From a virus, in IMG/VR virus record IMGVR_UViG_3300045988_180880, positions 160,001 through 224,000 of that record: 64,000 bases of DNA; one strand, given 5' to 3'. The notes under the pieces were generated by a model that saw nothing but the letters and a program-made list of their open reading frames with translations, searched no databases and was not told the DNA's origin. Positions within the stretch are counted from its first letter, which is position 1. Every line of letters begins with the position of its first letter. The translations under genes were made by a program, and so were the position numbers. Positions 1 through 8,196 of the stretch are shown one piece after another.

Positions 1-17
1 TAGGAGATGGTGTTTAT

Positions 18-725
18 ATGGGGTTTGTAAATAGCGGAGAACATGAAATAACGCTAATGGAAAGTAAGAAAAAGCACTCCAACATATTTGATTTTGGATT
101 AGAGAATGGATATATCGCTATAAATAGAACTACACTCAAAGTAATCGTAAAGAATAAAAAAGGTTATATCGACTGTAGACATCTAACTCTAATCTGTGAT
201 TACCTGAAAAAATCTATCAATTCCAAAGAAAAAGAAATTAAATCTTTGGAAAATAGTATATCAAGAATTGAGTCACATCAAGCAACATTTTCTAGTGAAG
301 AATCTAGGGGAACAGTATTAAAATCTCAGAAAGAGATATTATGTGAGCTCAATGAAAAATTACCCTCACAAAAGAAATTATATGAGGAACTTTCAATGAA
401 GAGAGCCAAATTACTGCAAGAAGTTCAAGAAGAATATGAAAATTGCTTGAAATCTTCTAGTGAAATGGAAAAAGTCATGGAAGAACGGAAAAAATCTTAT
501 GATGCAGAGTTAGTTAAGTGTTATGGAAAAGAACATCCTACATCAGAAGATAAGAAAAATAAACACAAATCAGAAGAACTCGCCCTTCTCGAAAAATTAT
601 TGAAAGAAGGAAGAAAAACGATAGCTCTTATTAATTATAGAATTCCTAACTATGAAGATATGTTAGAAATTCTTAGCGGTAAGTCTATTAAAAGAAAATC
701 AAAAAGAAAGGACGACGATGATTAA
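18..725 (+). CDS. hypothetical coiled-coil protein
   Basis: 235-aa ORF from ATG 18. The sequence is K/E-rich and heptad-like. The 3' end overlaps the next ORF by 8 nt. No family recognised. Confidence 0.6.
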   Translation: MGFVNSGEHEITLMESKKKHSNIFDFGLENGYIAINRTTLKVIVKNKKGYIDCRHLTLICDYLKKSINSKEKEIKSLENSISRIESHQATFSSEESRGTVLKSQKEILCELNEKLPSQKKLYEELSMKRAKLLQEVQEEYENCLKSSSEMEKVMEERKKSYDAELVKCYGKEHPTSEDKKNKHKSEELALLEKLLKEGRKTIALINYRIPNYEDMLEILSGKSIKRKSKRKDDDD

Positions 726-999
726 ACTACTAAGATTACACAAGTTAATTTGGGGAATTCTAGTTATTATAGGAATTCTTCTTGAGATGGTAATTGTAGT
801 ACCAATCGTGTTTTTAGTGTTTATTTATAATTTTAGATTTAATCCAAGAAAAGTATGGGAAGCAATACATAGCGCAGACCTAGATTTTCAGAATAATTGG
901 GGAGGTTATGCCTATCGTGATCATACTCCTTGGGATACGTTCAAAAGAAGATATAAATATACATTTAATCATATAGAGAACGAATCTAAAAGACAATAA
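718..999 (+). CDS. small membrane protein (hypothetical)
   Basis: 93-aa ORF whose start overlaps the upstream stop. It has a hydrophobic span LIWGILVIIGILLEMVIVVPIVFLVFIY. Confidence 0.6.
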   Translation: MIKLLRLHKLIWGILVIIGILLEMVIVVPIVFLVFIYNFRFNPRKVWEAIHSADLDFQNNWGGYAYRDHTPWDTFKRRYKYTFNHIENESKRQ

Positions 1000-1006
1000 A
1001 AAAGAT

Positions 1007-1044
1007 AAAGTAGTAAGACATCAAAGCTTACTACTTTTATTTTC
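1007..1044 (+). terminator. rho-independent terminator candidate
   Basis: Stem AAAGTAGTAAG / CTTACTACTTT with a 9-nt loop and a T-rich tail, a few nt after the stop of 718..999. Confidence 0.6.
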
Positions 1045-1078
1045 TATGTAAAAAAAGGGAATCTCAGAAACCCCGAAA

Positions 1079-1093
1079 TCCTTATTAATGTAT
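1079..1093 (+). promoter_or_regulatory. class II promoter-like motif TCCTTATTAATGTAT
   Basis: One of five similar plus-strand copies (others at 15184, 28054, 30324, 35708). Three sit 20-25 nt upstream of start codons. Function is inferred from position only. Confidence 0.35.
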
Positions 1094-1143
1094 GAAAAAG
1101 AATTTTAAAGAAAAAGATGATTTTATATTTTTAAATAAAGAAC

Positions 1144-1220
1144 GAGTTCGGCTTACAATGTTAGTTACTACTAATTATTATATGGAATGCAAGATTATTA
1201 CTGCATTGATCTCCGAACTT
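1144..1220 (+). ncRNA. candidate structured small RNA, copy A
   Basis: About 75 nt closed by the stem AGTTCGG/CCGAACT. It shares the TTAGTTACTACTAA and TTACTG..GATC blocks with copy B, while the closing stem and inner hairpin differ by compensatory changes. It lies between a promoter-like motif and a terminator. It does not fold as a tRNA. Confidence 0.4.
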
Positions 1221-1231
1221 TAAATTTAAAT

Positions 1232-1312
1232 ACGTGGCGGCTCATGTTATTAGTTACTACTAAATTATAGATTTGTAAACTATGCGATTTACTGTAACGA
1301 TCACCGCCACGT
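1232..1312 (+). ncRNA. candidate structured small RNA, copy B
   Basis: 81 nt closed by the 9-bp stem ACGTGGCGG/CCGCCACGT. It has the same conserved single-stranded blocks as copy A and an inner hairpin GTAAA/TTTAC. Confidence 0.4.
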
Positions 1313-1336
1313 AATTTAAAAAATATAAATAATTCT

Positions 1337-1370
1337 AAACTACAAGAGAAATCCTGTAGTTTTATTTTTT
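1337..1370 (+). terminator. rho-independent terminator candidate
   Basis: Stem AAACTACA / TGTAGTTT followed by TATTTTTT, downstream of the two RNA candidates. Confidence 0.55.
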
Positions 1371-1429
1371 CTTCTCTGATACAAATAAAAAAAAGAACCT
1401 AGATTTTACTCTAAGTTCTTATTATTTTT

Positions 1430-1585
1430 CTATTCATTTACAGGAGGAAAGTCATCATTAATAACTTCTTCATTATCAATTAAACCCGCCTCTTTGTAGC
1501 AATTTCTTTTATTCTCCTTCATCCAGGCTACTAAACATCCTATTAAACCGAGAATAATTGCGATAAATCCTAATATCTTTTTCAT
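1430..1585 (-). CDS. small membrane protein (51 aa), not in the ORF track
   Basis: Hand translation gives MKKILGFIAIILGLIGCLVAWMKENKRNCYKEAGLIDNEEVINDDFPPVNE. It has an N-terminal TM segment. A CTTATATATG-type motif (plus-strand CATATATAAG, 1605-1614) lies about 20 nt upstream. Confidence 0.5.
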   Translation of the reverse strand: MKKILGFIAIILGLIGCLVAWMKENKRNCYKEAGLIDNEEVINDDFPPVNE

Positions 1586-1618
1586 AGTTTTCTTATTTAT
1601 TTTTCATATATAAGATTT

Positions 1619-3106
1619 TTAAGCGGATTCTGTGTTATTTTTATCAATATATCTTTTTATTTCTGTTATTAAGTCTTCTTCGGTTGAAATTATTGGTGCA
1701 AAATAACTATCTAACATTTCTTCAATAGTTGAAAAATGTTTTGTTGAGTCTCTACCTTCTCTTTTTAATATTTTAGGAATTGCAAAATAAATTATATCAA
1801 CTCCATGTTCTTTACACAAATTATACTTTATTAAATCTCGTTGTCTATGATTTTTAAATCCTTTCTCTCCTCCCATATAATTTACAGGAACAAAATGTTG
1901 TACTCCATGACCTTCTATTGCTAAGTTTAATTCTGGAATATAAAAATCTAATTCTAAATTCCTTTTATAAACTAACCAATCTAATGTATGACATCTTGGA
2001 ATAAATTCTATTCCCAAAGATTCTAAAATTTTTCTAATAATAGTTTCTATGGCAGATTCTTTTCGTTCTGGATAAACTAATTTCGTTAAATACCCTTCAT
2101 TACTAGCTTTGTGATACTCCTGTGGAAAATTAATTAAAAATTCAGTAGGACTTTGAATATTGTTATTATCTATAAACTCTTGCATTTCTTCAGAAGTTTT
2201 GTACTTGTCACCCCAATTAGCAACACTTGCTTTATATCTTAATTGCGTTCTAATTCCTAAAGTCTTTGCTCTTCCATAAATTTTTGGATAAGTTCTTTCA
2301 AAAGACTTGGCAGAATATATTTCTGGATGTGTATCAATAAATTCTTGAATATCTTCTACTGTATTAAATTCATCCACCAAACTATAAAGTATTCTATTTG
2401 GATATATTACCTTACTTCTTAATCCTAGTTTAGATAATTTAGCATACCCACTTAAAAATCGATTACTAAAATCTTTTGGATTTTGAATATTATTATCATC
2501 TATAAATTTTTGAGCTGACTCTAAATTATATATAGAATCCCAGTTATCTATATTAGTATGTAATCTATTAGGATATACTACAGACCTAGCAAATTTATTT
2601 TTTAATAATTTTCGATAAATTCCACCAAATCTTTTCTTAAAATCAGTTGGGTTTTGTATTTCATTATCATTAATAAATTTTTGATAGTAATCAACAAATT
2701 CTTCTGGATTTGTTCTTTTTGGAAATATTAATTTAGAAATGATTCTTAAGTTATTTGCTCTATTATATATAATTGGATAGTTAATTTTTAAATCAGAGGA
2801 TGATATAATTTGATTATCTTTAATGAATTTATTAATCTTTTCCAGAGAGTTTATATCTCTGTATAATAAGCTAGTTCTTCTATTCGGATAATTTACTTTA
2901 TCGGCAAAATTCTTTCTAACTAGGCGATTATAAATACTTGGATATCCCTTTTTAAAATCTAATGGCCTAGTAATTTTATTGTTATCTATAAACTGTTGAA
3001 AATCCTCAACAGTATTAAAGTCTTTTAAATCTAAAGAATTACTATTGTTCATTCCCGATTTAGCGACAGACTTTTCTTCGCTTTGAGATTTAGGTAAGTT
3101 ATTCAT
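1619..3106 (-). CDS. free-standing endonuclease candidate: six tandem helical repeats plus a DUF559/Vsr-like PD-(D/E)XK nuclease domain
   Basis: 495 aa. The N-terminus has six repeats of about 50-58 aa (F.DNN.I..P.DF...YP.IY.R......L....YPNR). The C-terminal LELDFYIPELNLAIEGHGVQHF matches the DUF559/Vsr core (D...E.xG..H). It is monocistronic between hairpins. Confidence 0.7.
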   Translation of the reverse strand: MNNLPKSQSEEKSVAKSGMNNSNSLDLKDFNTVEDFQQFIDNNKITRPLDFKKGYPSIYNRLVRKNFADKVNYPNRRTSLLYRDINSLEKINKFIKDNQIISSSDLKINYPIIYNRANNLRIISKLIFPKRTNPEEFVDYYQKFINDNEIQNPTDFKKRFGGIYRKLLKNKFARSVVYPNRLHTNIDNWDSIYNLESAQKFIDDNNIQNPKDFSNRFLSGYAKLSKLGLRSKVIYPNRILYSLVDEFNTVEDIQEFIDTHPEIYSAKSFERTYPKIYGRAKTLGIRTQLRYKASVANWGDKYKTSEEMQEFIDNNNIQSPTEFLINFPQEYHKASNEGYLTKLVYPERKESAIETIIRKILESLGIEFIPRCHTLDWLVYKRNLELDFYIPELNLAIEGHGVQHFVPVNYMGGEKGFKNHRQRDLIKYNLCKEHGVDIIYFAIPKILKREGRDSTKHFSTIEEMLDSYFAPIISTEEDLITEIKRYIDKNNTESA

Positions 3107-3313
3107 TTTTTTATTATATTTTTATTATTCATTTTAGACATCAGAAAGGAATTTCGGAGATAATAAAGTTTCCGGATCTTTATTATTTCCTACTTTTCCC
3201 TAATCTAAAATGAATAACTAACGATAAAAGAACACTAGATCAATCTATTATTTTATAAATTTTTCTAATGTTCTTTCAGTTATAAGGTTTTTGGATTCTC
3301 AGGAAAGTAAAAT

Positions 3314-3345
3314 AAAGACTTAGGATATTTCACCTAAGTCTTATA
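3314..3345 (-). terminator. terminator candidate after the clpC-like gene
   Basis: Stem AGACTTAGG / CCTAAGTCT with A/T-rich flanks on both sides, a few nt after the stop at 3352. Confidence 0.55.
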
Positions 3346-3351
3346 TTATTT

Positions 3352-5058
3352 TTATTTATTTACTTTTTCTTTCTTAATATCTAACTCCATTATTATAGAA
3401 TCAGATACAATTACCTCAGAATTATCACCTAAATCTAAATTAATGATATTCCCAGAAACTTTTCCATTTACCATTGCAAGAGCTAATTTATCTTCTACAT
3501 ACTTTGAAATATTCTTTGATAAATCTCTAGCTCCGTATTTAGTATCTACTTGATCAATTATAAATTCTTTTAATTTTTCAGATATATTGATTTTATATCC
3601 TTTTTTTGATAAACGATCGCTAAGTTTTGCAATTTCAAGATCAAATATCTTTATCATTTCCGGTTTTCCAAGTTCATTAAAGATAACAATATTACTAAGT
3701 CGTCCAATAAATTCTGGTCTAAAGAATTTTTCCATGGCCTTCATTACTATAGACTTATTATCTTTATTTTTCTCATCTTGACTTTGTTTATTAAATCCGA
3801 GTCCATTTCCTTTTTCAGATAGTTGTTTCGAAGCTACGTTACTAGTCATCAAAATTACGCAGTTCTTAAAACTCACTTCGAGACCGTTACTTAGGTTAGC
3901 TTTTCCTGTGTCAAGAATTCCTAGGAGTAAGTCATAAATATCTTTATGAGCTTTTTCAATTTCATCAAATACAATAACCATATTTGGATTAGTTCTTACT
4001 TTTTCAAAAACTGCTGTATCTGAATCAGATCCTAAATATCCTGGAGCGCTTCCAAGTAATCGGGATACAGAATAACTCTCTGTATATTCTCCCATATTAA
4101 TAAGTAATAAGTTTTTCTCAGCGCTTTCAAAGAAAAGTTCAGCTATCTTCTTAGAAATCAGGCTTTTACCTACACCAGTCGGACCTAATAAAAATGCCGT
4201 ACAGATAGGTTTATTGGGATCCTGTATATCAAGAATTGATTTTTGAAGTGCAGTAACTACAGTATCAACTGCATCTTGTTGTCCTATAATTTCTTTTTCC
4301 AAGACTTTCTTCATGTTTCTAATTTTGATTGCTTCACTATCCTTCATCTTGTTTATAGGAACATTAGAAATCTTAGATACTACTGACATAACATCTTCTT
4401 CAGTTACTTCAGGCCAACCAGAAGGATCATTAAGTTCTCCAATTAACTTTAATCTCTCCTCCTCAAGTTCTTTTTTCAAAACCAATTCAGTATCTCTCCT
4501 CTTCTGAGCCTCATCGAAATCTTGTTCCTCTACTAACCTAATTTTTTCCTTAACAATATCATCAATCGCTTTTTCTAGGTTATCTACAGAACTAGTATCA
4601 ATATTTTTTCTAAGTTTTGCTGCACTAGCTGCAATATCAATACAGTCTATGGCTTTATCTGGGAAATGTCTATCATAGATATATCTTCCACTAAGTTCTA
4701 CACAAAGTTTTAAAATATCATCTGTATATCTTACTCTATGATAATCTTCATATCTTTCCCTAAGTGTCTTTAATATTTCCAAGGTTTCTTCTTTGGTTGG
4801 CTCAGACACCATTACCGTTTGAAATCTTCTTTTAAGAGCACTATCTTTTTCTATATATTTTTTAAATTCTGTAGTTGTTGTTGACCCGAGACATCTGAAT
4901 TTCCCTCTAGCTAATGGACCTTTAAGAATATTAGCTCCATCTCCTTTACCATCATTCGAACCATTACCTACTAGATTGTGTATTTCATCTATATAAATAA
5001 TTATTTCAAGATTATTTTCTACTTCTTTGATTATAGCATCTAAACGCTCTTCATATTG
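3352..5058 (-). CDS. clpC: ClpA/ClpC-type AAA+ unfoldase, exon 2 (rest of NBD1, middle region, NBD2)
   Basis: QYEERLDAII..IYIDEIH (NBD1 Walker B), KRRFQ, then NBD2 with GPTGVGKS and VIVFDEIEKAH. A GLGF loop is present. The sequence is collinear with ClpB/ClpC after removal of 5059-5280. Confidence 0.9.
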   Translation of the reverse strand, partial: QYEERLDAIIKEVENNLEIIIYIDEIHNLVGNGSNDGKGDGANILKGPLARGKFRCLGSTTTTEFKKYIEKDSALKRRFQTVMVSEPTKEETLEILKTLRERYEDYHRVRYTDDILKLCVELSGRYIYDRHFPDKAIDCIDIAASAAKLRKNIDTSSVDNLEKAIDDIVKEKIRLVEEQDFDEAQKRRDTELVLKKELEEERLKLIGELNDPSGWPEVTEEDVMSVVSKISNVPINKMKDSEAIKIRNMKKVLEKEIIGQQDAVDTVVTALQKSILDIQDPNKPICTAFLLGPTGVGKSLISKKIAELFFESAEKNLLLINMGEYTESYSVSRLLGSAPGYLGSDSDTAVFEKVRTNPNMVIVFDEIEKAHKDIYDLLLGILDTGKANLSNGLEVSFKNCVILMTSNVASKQLSEKGNGLGFNKQSQDEKNKDNKSIVMKAMEKFFRPEFIGRLSNIVIFNELGKPEMIKIFDLEIAKLSDRLSKKGYKINISEKLKEFIIDQVDTKYGARDLSKNISKYVEDKLALAMVNGKVSGNIINLDLGDNSEVIVSDSIIMELDIKKEKVNK

Positions 5059-5280
5059 CATTACGTTAACTATATGAAAATATTTTCATATAGATCAGTA
5101 TATGATTTCAAGTTTAAATATTTAAACTTGGCCAGTCTTTATACGTTACACTAAAGAATATTATCTTTAGTTCGGCATTAAATTACTTAACTAAAGCGTA
5201 AGATAGTTAAGGTTATTCGCCGAATTTACTAGCTTATAATCTAAAGAATCACTTCTTTAAACGGCCATTTTATAATCACA
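5059..5280 (-). other. putative ORF-less group I intron (222 nt) within the clpC-like gene
   Basis: Removing it restores ..LVAGCQFRG|QYEERL.. in frame. Exon 1 ends in U and the insert ends in G. Helices P1-P9 can be drawn by hand (see finding). Not confirmed by a covariance model. Confidence 0.65.
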
Positions 5281-6276
5281 ACCTCTAAATTGGCAACCAG
5301 CCACTAAAGCGTTTAAATCTAATGAGAAGATCCTTTTATCTATCAATTCTCTAGGAACTTCTTTATTTACTATTTTCTGACACAATCCTTCAATAATTGC
5401 GGTCTTTCCACAACCAGCTTCAGCTAATAAAATTCCATTGTTCTTCTTCCTACATGATAGGATTTCAATAATCTGTGAAATTTCTTTATCTCTACCTACA
5501 ATTGGATCATATTCTCCATTTTTTGCAGCTAAAGTCATATCTGTAGAAAATTTATCAAGGAAAGGGGTTCTAGAATTTGGATCTAGGTTTTCGGGCTCAT
5601 TACTTCCTTGTCCAGCCATTTCAAATTCTCGATCTTCCTCTTCGCGACGTTTTTCTGAGTCTTCGTCGCCTTGGTTATAATCGAGAGTTTTTTCTTTAAG
5701 TTCGCCGCCGTTATTTTCCTCACGGTTATCTTCTTGGTCTTTTATTCCAAGTTTCGTATCGAAGTCATTTATCTTCCAAAATAAACTCGTGAGGTCTCTT
5801 GCATCGGCGCCTAATTCATCTACAAGATACTCTGCAATCTTACTAAATTCTGTTTCTGGAAGTGAACACATAAGAAAAGCTAGTGTATCAATATCATCAG
5901 TCATCTCAGATTTTAAATTTATATCTGTCAGTTTATCCAAGATATAATTAATGGCTGGAGACAAGACAATTGAATCAGCGCCAGTATACAATTCAGAAGG
6001 CGCTGTAAATTTATTGTCTTCTCTAATTTCGGCCACTACATCCATTATAAATTCTCTAAGATCTTCCTCTGTACTAGGTTTTCCGATAAACAGATCTTTT
6101 AGATAATCTCTTAGTTCTGGAATATCACCTTCATTATCTAGATAAGTTATAACTATCTGAGAAACTATATGATCTAATGATATTTCTTTTCCCATAAACG
6201 AGACTACTTCTTCATGAGCTTTCTCGAAAAACTTTTTTAATTCTTGAGATAATTCAAATTTTGATGAATCTTTCAT
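5281..6276 (-). CDS. clpC: ClpA/ClpC-type AAA+ unfoldase, exon 1 (N-domain, acidic linker, NBD1 Walker A)
   Basis: Contains ..GRDKEISQIIEILSCRKKNNGILLAEAGCGKTAIIEGLCQKIVNKEVP..LVAGCQFRG. As printed, the ORF continues for 7 unrelated codons to a TAA at 5257. Confidence 0.9.
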
Positions 6277-6327
6277 TTTTCTATTTGTTTAATTTTTATT
6301 ATGTTTATCATCACATTATTAAGGAAA

Positions 6328-7101
6328 TCATCGGTAAATTTTATATCTATTTTTTGCTTCAGAGATATAATCATTAATATCTTCTTGAGTAATAGTTATA
6401 TCTTTTATGTTTTTAAATTTGTTAGCCCAATTACTACACCAACTCCTCCAACTAGTATCACCTTCAAGTTCTTTTATGTACTCAAGAATTTCTCCTTCTC
6501 CTTTAATATTTCTTTTTGGGACCCACCCCGAACAATTCTCAAAGGATTCATTTCGATCATATATTGATTTTACTTTTATCGAAATTTTCTTTTTCTTTTT
6601 CAACCATTTAAAGAAATCTTTTATAGGATTTGGATACATTAACTTCGGAAACTTATAAATCTCATAATCTTCAGTTACAACTATATAAATCCTTGATTCT
6701 TTTCCTAAGGTCGGTGTCTTAAGAAATGGAAGATCGACTCGTTTGGCATCTATATAAACCTTAGTATTCCACCATCTAAAAGTATCTGGTTTATTTGTAT
6801 CTTTTACTTGATATAACATAAAATCTCCAGAAATATCAATAGCATCTACAGCTAAACCTGTTTTTCCAGTAGAATCATCTATGACTACTTGAGAGTTTCC
6901 TTCTTCAAAGAGATCCATAACTTGAGATGCACCATGTTCTACTATATAAAGTGTTTTCCCTGTTAGATTATCAATAGTTTCTAAGTCTTTTTTATCTCCT
7001 TCTGAAAGTTCTACAAACATATACCCATCTGTACGCGTTACAGATCTAGTTCCAGTAATTCGGTCTAATTTTGTTTTCTTTACTAATTCTTCTGGTTTCA
7101 T
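6328..7101 (-). CDS. hypothetical protein
   Basis: 257-aa ORF, 50 nt upstream of the clpC-like start and 1 nt after the previous ORF. No family recognised. Confidence 0.7.
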   Translation of the reverse strand: MKPEELVKKTKLDRITGTRSVTRTDGYMFVELSEGDKKDLETIDNLTGKTLYIVEHGASQVMDLFEEGNSQVVIDDSTGKTGLAVDAIDISGDFMLYQVKDTNKPDTFRWWNTKVYIDAKRVDLPFLKTPTLGKESRIYIVVTEDYEIYKFPKLMYPNPIKDFFKWLKKKKKISIKVKSIYDRNESFENCSGWVPKRNIKGEGEILEYIKELEGDTSWRSWCSNWANKFKNIKDITITQEDINDYISEAKNRYKIYR

Positions 7102-7102
7102 G

Positions 7103-7642
7103 TTAAATTATTCTCGGTTCATTAATAATTCCTTTATCAATTAGATAGTTTCGATAGAGAAGATTTATAACAAATTCAGGTGATTTACAACAAAATTCTC
7201 TATCTACTACCTTTAGATTTTTCAATAGTTCAAATAAAGAAACTTCAGGTAAATATTCTTTCCTACAACAAATGCTATTATTTCTATTTACAATATCTAA
7301 TCTTGAATCTGTATAGATTAATTTTTTCTCTCGATTTAGTATATTTATTATTTTTCTATTAGAAAGTTTTTTACAGATATACCCTTCTGTAACAAAATAT
7401 AAAAATACCTCAGATAAAGAAGCTAGACGTACATCCTTTTCTAATTGAATTCCTTCAAAAAATTTTAACACATAAGTTTTATCAAAAAGATTTTTATAAT
7501 TATTCCTAGATAAAATATATCTTGAGTGTAAAAATGGAAAAGTATATAATAAATCTTCTTTATTTGAAGAAGAAATTTCTAAGTAAGTGTATTTTGCTCC
7601 TTTAAAATTTATATAACTTAATAACATACTTACTTTCCCCAT
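7103..7642 (-). CDS. hypothetical protein, tandem paralog of 7630..8196
   Basis: 179 aa. The C-terminus LYRNYLIDKGIINEPRII resembles IFRNYLIDTGKITGEPKI of the upstream neighbour. Confidence 0.7.
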   Translation of the reverse strand: MGKVSMLLSYINFKGAKYTYLEISSSNKEDLLYTFPFLHSRYILSRNNYKNLFDKTYVLKFFEGIQLEKDVRLASLSEVFLYFVTEGYICKKLSNRKIINILNREKKLIYTDSRLDIVNRNNSICCRKEYLPEVSLFELLKNLKVVDREFCCKSPEFVINLLYRNYLIDKGIINEPRII

Positions 7643-8196
7643 TTTAAATTTATTTTTGGTTCTCCAGTAATTTTTCCAGTATCTATAAGATAATTTCGAA
7701 AGATTATAGTTTTTAGAAATCCTGTTACAGTTTTAAATTTCTTTTCAGGGATAGGAACCACAGAAGTCAGAATATCCTTTCTAGTAAATGAGTTTAATTC
7801 GTACTCCCTGATTAATCGGGTTCCTGGTTGTTTATTCAACGATTCTACTTCCATTATAAATGAAAGTTGTATCATTGGATCTTTATAAAGTCTTTTTGAC
7901 ATAGAATTAAGATTTGAAATTTTTGGACGGTCAATTGAGGATGCTAAAACTAATCCTACTTTAGAGAAATCCATTAATTGTATTGGTCTTTCTTTTTCGA
8001 ATTTTTCTAAGTATGGTTTTAATTTTACTTCGTCCTGTACAATTTCAAAACTAAATCCAGGTTCTGCAAACACTTCGAATCTACCATAATCTACATAAGG
8101 TATTGTAATTTTTTCTGTAGAATTTGATTCTGTAAGTACTGTATAATATACTGTGAATACATTTTGTATAACACATTGATAAACTTTTACATCCAT
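7630..8196 (-). CDS. hypothetical protein, tandem paralog of 7103..7642
   Basis: 188 aa with a shared C-terminal motif. It overlaps both neighbours by about 10 nt. Confidence 0.7.
   Translation of the reverse strand: MDVKVYQCVIQNVFTVYYTVLTESNSTEKITIPYVDYGRFEVFAEPGFSFEIVQDEVKLKPYLEKFEKERPIQLMDFSKVGLVLASSIDRPKISNLNSMSKRLYKDPMIQLSFIMEVESLNKQPGTRLIREYELNSFTRKDILTSVVPIPEKKFKTVTGFLKTIIFRNYLIDTGKITGEPKINLKWGK

Noticed and set aside
1144-1312. The two 75-81-nt stem-closed elements as tRNA genes
   Set aside because: Their length and 7-9-bp closing stems suggested tRNAs. However, no D arm or T arm (5 bp plus a 7-nt loop adjacent to the acceptor) can be drawn, and there is no GTTC-like T loop.
5059-5280. 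Translational bypass (T4 gene 60-like hop) or a group II intron as the explanation for the split clpC-like gene
   Set aside because: There are no matching take-off and landing codons: GGT before the gap, and no GGT at the landing site. The 222-nt gap is far longer than the known 50-nt hop and far too short for a group II intron. The boundaries do not fit GUGYG...AY while keeping the protein collinear. A group I fold fits instead.
3587-5680. Plus-strand ORFs 3587..3781, 4313..4507 and 5438..5680
   Set aside because: They are antisense to the strongly supported clpC-like exons. They are short and low-complexity.
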